In this document: piece after piece, positions 59,023 to 64,000 of the stretch
Layout of the letters: every line of letters begins with the position of its first letter
Numbering within the stretch: the first letter of the stretch is position 1
NCBI GenBank assembly: GCA_964650645.1
Contig: CAZYUH010000001.1
Span: forward strand, 15,373 to 79,372
DNA: 64,000 nt
Origin: an uncultured Candidatus Saccharibacteria bacterium
GTDB lineage: Bacteria; Patescibacteriota; Minisyncoccia; Phycocordibacterales; SBAW01
Direction of reading: 5' to 3'
The notes under the pieces: generated by a model
Seen by the model: only the letters and a program-made list of their open reading frames with translations
The model's database searches: none
Told to the model about the DNA's origin: nothing
Translations under genes and position numbers: made by a program

Positions 59023-59539
59023 GCGGGTAGAGCGCGATGGCGGCGCCCAGCATGAGCACCACGGCGAACGCGAGCGAGGCGAGCGTCTGCGGCGCGAAGC
59101 CGGTGTTGGGAAGGAGGGGGTACAGGACCGAGGTAAGCGTGACGTTGGGGCCGGGGCCGTACGCGCCGGGACCGGGGCCCAGATCGGGGAACGCGGTCGG
59201 CGCGAACGCCTCGCCGTAGCCCGGGGCGGCGACGACATTCACATAGCAGGTCGAGCGCAGGGACCCGTACACGACGTCCACTTGCGCGGGGCCCACCCGG
59301 GTAAACGGGGTCACGAAGACCGGACCCGCATCGACTATAGAATAATCATCTGCCACCCACTGGAACGGACCCTGGACATTGGAGACGACCGTAAAGCGCC
59401 CCGCGTTGCCGACCGAAACGACCGGATAAGCGGAAGCACAGGACACGTGCAGGGCGTCTGCCGGGTAGGTCCTGGCGATACCGAAGGCGGGAATAAGCAC
59501 CAAGGCGGCGCCAAAGAGAGCTCCGAGGATGTTCTTCAT
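58988..59539 (-). CDS. Secreted LPxTG-motif protein (candidate sortase substrate)
   Basis: Signal peptide; LPNTG, hydrophobic helix and basic tail. Confidence 0.8.
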   Translation of the reverse strand: MKNILGALFGAALVLIPAFGIARTYPADALHVSCASAYPVVSVGNAGRFTVVSNVQGPFQWVADDYSIVDAGPVFVTPFTRVGPAQVDVVYGSLRSTCYVNVVAAPGYGEAFAPTAFPDLGPGPGAYGPGPNVTLTSVLYPLLPNTGFAPQTLASLAFAVVLMLGAAIALYPHARKAFAIVTR

Positions 59540-59594
59540 AGCGGGCCAATCCTACCACCATTGGCGGGAATTTCAACAGGATTCCTAGCGTCCG

Positions 59595-59801
59595 CTAGAA
59601 GCCCGCCGGCAACGCCACGGAGCCCAGAAAGGCGGGTAGGAGGAGCGGGAGGATGAGGAGCGGCAGGAGCAGGGCGCCCGCGGTTATCCAAAAGCCCCAC
59701 AGCAGGTACTTGCGCACCTTCTCGCTCGACTGGTACGCCTGGTCTATCTTCCCTTCCAGCGCTGCAAGCTGTATCTCGATGCGGTCCAATTGCTCGTTCA
59801 T
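59595..59801 (-). CDS. Small membrane protein
   Basis: MNEQLDRIEIQL...KVRKYLLWGFW plus hydrophobic C-terminus. Confidence 0.65.
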   Translation of the reverse strand: MNEQLDRIEIQLAALEGKIDQAYQSSEKVRKYLLWGFWITAGALLLPLLILPLLLPAFLGSVALPAGF

Positions 59802-59820
59802 ACGGTTAGTATACTCCGGC

Positions 59821-60573
59821 CTATCCGTGCCCCAAGAGCGCCTTGAGGAGGAACATGAGCACGGCGCCCAGCGCGAACCACGCGAGGTGCGCCGCGTAGT
59901 GCGACGAGCTTTTCGCGTCCCGTACCGAGTGCGGAATGAGGTCGCCGAGCACCACGGCCAGGAAGGCGCCGGCGGAAAGCCCGAGCAGCACCGGCTCGAG
60001 CGACTCGAAGGCATCAAGGAAGAAGTAGCCTCCCATCGCGCCAATAAGCACCGTGCTTGATACGACGAAGCTCCATTTGAGCGCCTTCCCAACGGGATAC
60101 CCCGCCGCGCGCAAAACGAAGAATTCCGACGTCTCCTGGAGAAGCTCGTGCACGAACACGCTCAATGCGGCCGCAAGGCCGAGCGCCGGGCTCACGGCGA
60201 ACGACGCGGCAAGCAGTATGCCGTCCCCGGCATTATGGAAGGCGTCGCTCATGAGCACGCGGCGCGGGTCAATGGGGTGGCTGTGCGCATGGCCCTTCTC
60301 GGGATGGTCGTGGAGCCCCGGCAGGAGCTTGAAGAGCGTCCATATGCCTATTGCCCCGAGGAAGATATACAGGAGTCCTTGCGAGAGCGACGGCGCGTGC
60401 TCGAGCGTCTCGGTCGCGAGCCCGTACGCGATGATGATGAATACGCCGGAAGAAAAGCTCACCAGGTATCCCATATTGCGCTCGAAGAACCTGCCCGCTC
60501 CGTTCGATATGAAAAAGACGCCCACGAGCGACGCGAGCATGATAGCCGCGCACGAAATAAGCAGTAATGTCAT
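59821..60573 (-). CDS. ZIP family metal transporter
   Basis: His-rich loop, DAFHNAGDG, HELLQE. Confidence 0.9.
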   Translation of the reverse strand: MTLLLISCAAIMLASLVGVFFISNGAGRFFERNMGYLVSFSSGVFIIIAYGLATETLEHAPSLSQGLLYIFLGAIGIWTLFKLLPGLHDHPEKGHAHSHPIDPRRVLMSDAFHNAGDGILLAASFAVSPALGLAAALSVFVHELLQETSEFFVLRAAGYPVGKALKWSFVVSSTVLIGAMGGYFFLDAFESLEPVLLGLSAGAFLAVVLGDLIPHSVRDAKSSSHYAAHLAWFALGAVLMFLLKALLGHG

Positions 60574-60593
60574 AAAAAAATAATCCTCAGTAA

Positions 60594-60902
60594 TTAGCAC
60601 GCTCGGCACGACGGGCTGAATCCGCAGTCGGTGCACACCAGATGGTGGTGGTGCGGGCGGCGCGCGTACTCGTAGCGCGCCACGCCCTCCTTCATCCCCC
60701 GCCGCAAGAGCCCCGCGCCCGCAAGCGCTTCGAGCGCGCGATACAAGGTCGCCGGATTAAGGTGCGGCAGGAGCGCCTCGAGCTCGGCGACCGCCAAGGG
60801 GCGGCGCGCGCGCTCGAGCGCGGCGAGGAGCGCCAGGCGGCCGGGGGTTGCTCTCGAGCCTGCCGCGCGCAATTCTTCCCTGCAGTCGTGCGCCATGCCC
60901 AT
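60594..60902 (-). CDS. Fur family regulator (Zur-like)
   Basis: T..R...L, ATLYRAL, HHHHLVCTDCG, C..C. Confidence 0.85.
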   Translation of the reverse strand: MGMAHDCREELRAAGSRATPGRLALLAALERARRPLAVAELEALLPHLNPATLYRALEALAGAGLLRRGMKEGVARYEYARRPHHHHLVCTDCGFSPSCRAC

Positions 60903-61055
60903 AGCGTACTACAAACGCGAATGAGTTGCAAATAATGACGCCCTCGCTTATACTAACGCAAGACATTCGCGTTTACGATGATGCCGGCGCGCGGCGGGGG
61001 ATATATATCCCGTCGCGCGCCGGCACTATCGCCGGCTCGCACATTAGGAGTTTCT

Positions 61056-61310
61056 ATGCCCTCTCCCTGCGGCGGATGCCCGCCTTGCTGCCCCAAATGC
61101 ACGTTCAGTCCGACGCCGGCCGCACAACCCGCGCGCGCGGTCGAGCTCGTATCGAAAGAAGACTACGGCTGCGTACGCCCCGACGGCGGCGCGGTAGTGC
61201 TCGCCGGCGGCGTGCTCGGCATGATGCGCGCGGGCAGCTTCCACCCCGTCACGCAAGACGGAGCGGCGTTCCTCCACGAAAGCGGAAACCGTCTGGCAGA
61301 GCACTGCTAA
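61056..61310 (+). CDS. Small Cys-rich hypothetical protein
   Basis: MPSPCGGCPPCCPKC; SD AGGAG; downstream hairpin. Confidence 0.55.
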   Translation: MPSPCGGCPPCCPKCTFSPTPAAQPARAVELVSKEDYGCVRPDGGAVVLAGGVLGMMRAGSFHPVTQDGAAFLHESGNRLAEHC

Positions 61311-61365
61311 TGCCTCCCGCCCCGGCACGCCGGGGCGGGTTTTATACGCTTACGCACCCCATTGC

Positions 61366-61713
61366 ATGAAAGATTACCTGATGCTCATCGCGGCGATATC
61401 TACCGCCGCTCTCATATGGCGCGCGCTCCTTCTGGACCACCCCGCGCTCCTTAGCGCGGTCGAGCGCGTTCCTTTTGTAGGCGGCGCCCTGCGGTGCGGG
61501 TTCTGCAGCACGCTGTGGCTCTCGCTTGCCGGCACCTGCGCCTATAACCCCTTTGCGGCCGACTTCGCAGGACTGCCGCAGCCCGCGGCACTGCTTGTAT
61601 CGTGGCTTATTGTCGGCGCAGGCGCACTCTTTTTGCGCAACGCGACAGCCTGCCTCATCGAGGCAAACGGCGCGCTAACGCACCTGCATCGCTCCTCGCA
61701 CGAGAGCCTCTAA
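61366..61713 (+). CDS. Membrane protein, DUF1360-like
   Basis: L.CGFC...W motif, 3 hydrophobic segments. Confidence 0.6.
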   Translation: MKDYLMLIAAISTAALIWRALLLDHPALLSAVERVPFVGGALRCGFCSTLWLSLAGTCAYNPFAADFAGLPQPAALLVSWLIVGAGALFLRNATACLIEANGALTHLHRSSHESL

Positions 61714-62840
61714 TGCGAGTGTGAATGCGAGTGCCCGTGCGCGAGCGAGGCGCGGGTGGGACGGCCGTGGAGCATCCACACCGCGACAGCGGTCGTTATG
61801 GGCACCGCCAGCACGAGGCCCGTCGAGCCCACGAGCGTGCGGAGTATCTCGGTCGCGAACATCTCCTGGTTTATGGTAACGAGCGGGCCCTGCGTTGCCG
61901 TGAGCTTGAACAAGAGAAGGAGCGGCAGGTACGCGCCCACGTAGGCTATGGCGAGCGTGTTTACCAGCGCGCCGATGTGCTCCCGCCCCACGCGCATGAC
62001 GCGCATGAACACGTGCCTGCGCGTGGCGTCCCTGTTCATGGCCCACAGCTCCTCGACCGCAATCGCCTGGCCTATGGCCGCGTCGTAGAGGATGCCCAAG
62101 AGGCCTATGACCAGGCCGCCCAAGAGGAGCCCGACGAAGTCTATCGACCCGTTGGTATCGAAGTTGAGGTACGCCGCCTCCTCGCTCCCGAAGCCCGTGA
62201 GCCGCGCGGAATGCACGGCTGCGTATGCCAGAAGCCCGGTCACGACGACCGTCGCCAGCATGCCCACCACGGCGGCGCTCGTGGTGCGGTTGAACCCGTG
62301 GGTGATGTAGGAGCCCGCCAGTATGATGGTGCCGGCGACGCCGATGGCAAGAAGCAGGGGCGACACGCCAGCGAGTATGCCCGGCAAAAGGACGTACGCG
62401 ATGAGCGCGATGCTCGCCGCGAGCGAGATGAGGCCGCGCAGGCCCTGCAGGCCGCCGAAGGCGAACAGGCACGCGAGGAAGACCGCGGTAAAGAAGAGCA
62501 GGGCGTTCAGGCGGTACGGCGCGGAGACCGCGTAGCGGTCGGTGCCGTCGAGCGCATTGACGGTATGTATCGCGTAAAAGGGCTCCCCTTCCTTCAAGGC
62601 GAGGTAATCGTTCTCTATAGTGAGCACCTGCCCGGCGTCCGCGCCTTCAAGTATCCGCGCCTGCAGGACCTGGTGGATGCTTTCAGTGCCGGTCCCTTCT
62701 ATGGCCCGCGTGCCTTCCGACACGACGCTGACCACCTCTGCTTTTACTATGGTGACGGTATCGGCCACCAGCTCCTGGGCATGCGCATGCGCCGAAGGGA
62801 GGGCCAGGAACAGGAGCGCGGCGCACGCGAGTGCTTTCAT
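61710..62840 (-). CDS. YibE/F family membrane protein
   Basis: G.L.D.A, G.EH.GA.VNTL..AY.G, EILRTL.GS.G; His-rich tail. Confidence 0.9.
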   Translation of the reverse strand: MKALACAALLFLALPSAHAHAQELVADTVTIVKAEVVSVVSEGTRAIEGTGTESIHQVLQARILEGADAGQVLTIENDYLALKEGEPFYAIHTVNALDGTDRYAVSAPYRLNALLFFTAVFLACLFAFGGLQGLRGLISLAASIALIAYVLLPGILAGVSPLLLAIGVAGTIILAGSYITHGFNRTTSAAVVGMLATVVVTGLLAYAAVHSARLTGFGSEEAAYLNFDTNGSIDFVGLLLGGLVIGLLGILYDAAIGQAIAVEELWAMNRDATRRHVFMRVMRVGREHIGALVNTLAIAYVGAYLPLLLLFKLTATQGPLVTINQEMFATEILRTLVGSTGLVLAVPITTAVAVWMLHGRPTRASLAHGHSHSHSH

Positions 62841-62906
62841 ATGCTGAAAATTCTACACCAAGCGGCATTCACCCGCCATTCATTCCGGGGCGGGCATACT
62901 GCGGGC

Positions 62907-63554
62907 ATGACTGCGAAAAAGAAACTGAGGAAAAAGGCCGGCGCGCGCGCCTCGGGCCGCACGGCGCGGACGGCGGCGAAAAAATCGGGCGCAACGGGCA
63001 GGAAAGCCGCCGCGAGCCGGCAGTACAAGGACCTCAACGAGCTTCTCGTCCTGAAGCTCCAGAGCCTGTATGACATCGAGTCAGAGCTTATCAAGGCCCT
63101 GCCCAAGCTCGCTCGCGCCGCCGCCAGCTACGAGCTGAAAGAGGCGTTCGAAATCCACCTGCACGAAACGAAGGGCCAGGCCGCGCGCCTTGAGGAGGCG
63201 ATGCGCCTCTTGGGCGTCCGTCCCGCGAAAGAGAAAGTCAGCGGCATCCGCGGCATCGCAGAAGACGGCGCCTGGGTCGCCGGGCACACGAACGCGAAGA
63301 CCCGCGACGCCGCGCTCATCGCCGCCGCGCAGTACGCCGAGCACTACGAAATAGCGGGCTACGCCGCGGCGCGCGAATGGGCCGCGATGATGGACCACCA
63401 GGCGGTAGCGGACCTTTTGGACGCCACCCTTCTTGAAGAGCAGGCCGCAAGCGACAAGCTCGCCGAGCTCGCGCACACCGGCATCAACCAGAAAGCGGGC
63501 GGCATATCAATGGAAGAGGACGAGCCCGCGGAGATTGATACGGTCGTGATGTAG
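62907..63554 (+). CDS. Ferritin-like protein (YciE/F, DUF892)
   Basis: LYD.E...ALPK, HL.ET..Q..RL, AAQ..EHYEIA.Y. Confidence 0.88.
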   Translation: MTAKKKLRKKAGARASGRTARTAAKKSGATGRKAAASRQYKDLNELLVLKLQSLYDIESELIKALPKLARAAASYELKEAFEIHLHETKGQAARLEEAMRLLGVRPAKEKVSGIRGIAEDGAWVAGHTNAKTRDAALIAAAQYAEHYEIAGYAAAREWAAMMDHQAVADLLDATLLEEQAASDKLAELAHTGINQKAGGISMEEDEPAEIDTVVM

Positions 63555-64000
63555 CTAGAGGTCGGGCTCCACGAGGCCCAGCTTGACGAGGCGCGCGTGT
63601 ATCGAGCCCTTCTGCCGTCCGAACTCCTTCACCAGGACCGATACGCTCGCCCCCTCCCCGAACATCCCGGCAAGCTTCTCGTCGTCCTCGGCGCTCCACG
63701 GCCGGTAGGCGTTGGGGTATTTCTGGCGCAATTTCTCCAGCTTTGAAAGCCCATCGCCCCCTTTGCTTCCCTTGGGGGCGTTCGGGTCGGGCTCGCGGCC
63801 GCCCGATGCCTGTATGAAATTCTTGTGCAATCGCGAAAGCTCTTCGGGCGGGATGTTCCCGAAGACGTCCCCGGCCGACGCGGACGCCGCGCGGAACGCC
63901 TGGTCGCGCGCCAATATGTCCGGATGCACCGCGAGCGCCCGCTCATTGAAGCCCAGCAGGTGAAGGCCTTCGAGCGTGCGCACGCGCGAAAGCGCCACGT
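63555..64000 (-). CDS. PIF1/RecD-like helicase, C-terminal part (start outside window)
   Basis: VALSRVRTLEGL helicase motif VI; C-terminal W..EDD..L HTH-like domain. Confidence 0.75.
   Translation of the reverse strand, partial: VALSRVRTLEGLHLLGFNERALAVHPDILARDQAFRAASASAGDVFGNIPPEELSRLHKNFIQASGGREPDPNAPKGSKGGDGLSKLEKLRQKYPNAYRPWSAEDDEKLAGMFGEGASVSVLVKEFGRQKGSIHARLVKLGLVEPDL

Overview
64 kb of a high-GC bacterial chromosome. Gene content and style point to Patescibacteria/CPR, Parcubacteria-like (inference from a minimal RNase P RNA, short ValS/YbeY/MutY, a degenerate HisRS paralog, a SWIB protein, a DUF5667-type anti-sigma and many leaderless genes). The backbone is housekeeping: gyrA, rpsA, pth, lepB, ftsA/ftsZ, trxB, tsaD, valS, lepA, murJ, htpX/lemA, groSL, secG, rnj and mutY, plus 7 tRNAs and rnpB. 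Single orphan genes with their own promoters and two lower-GC islands next to tRNA-Glu and tRNA-Val are interspersed. Most notable: (1) a family of covarying multi-hairpin elements directly after five tRNA genes, whose first hairpin pairs with each tRNA's own 3' end and which is doubled next to both islands; (2) a mini-DnaA (domains I+IV, no AAA+) and a stand-alone CtrA-like DNA-binding domain, both resembling alphaproteobacterial proteins; (3) an uncharacterised four-gene kinase/HAD cassette; (4) a shared consensus promoter module before unrelated secreted orphans. All family assignments come from motif recognition by eye; no database search was run.
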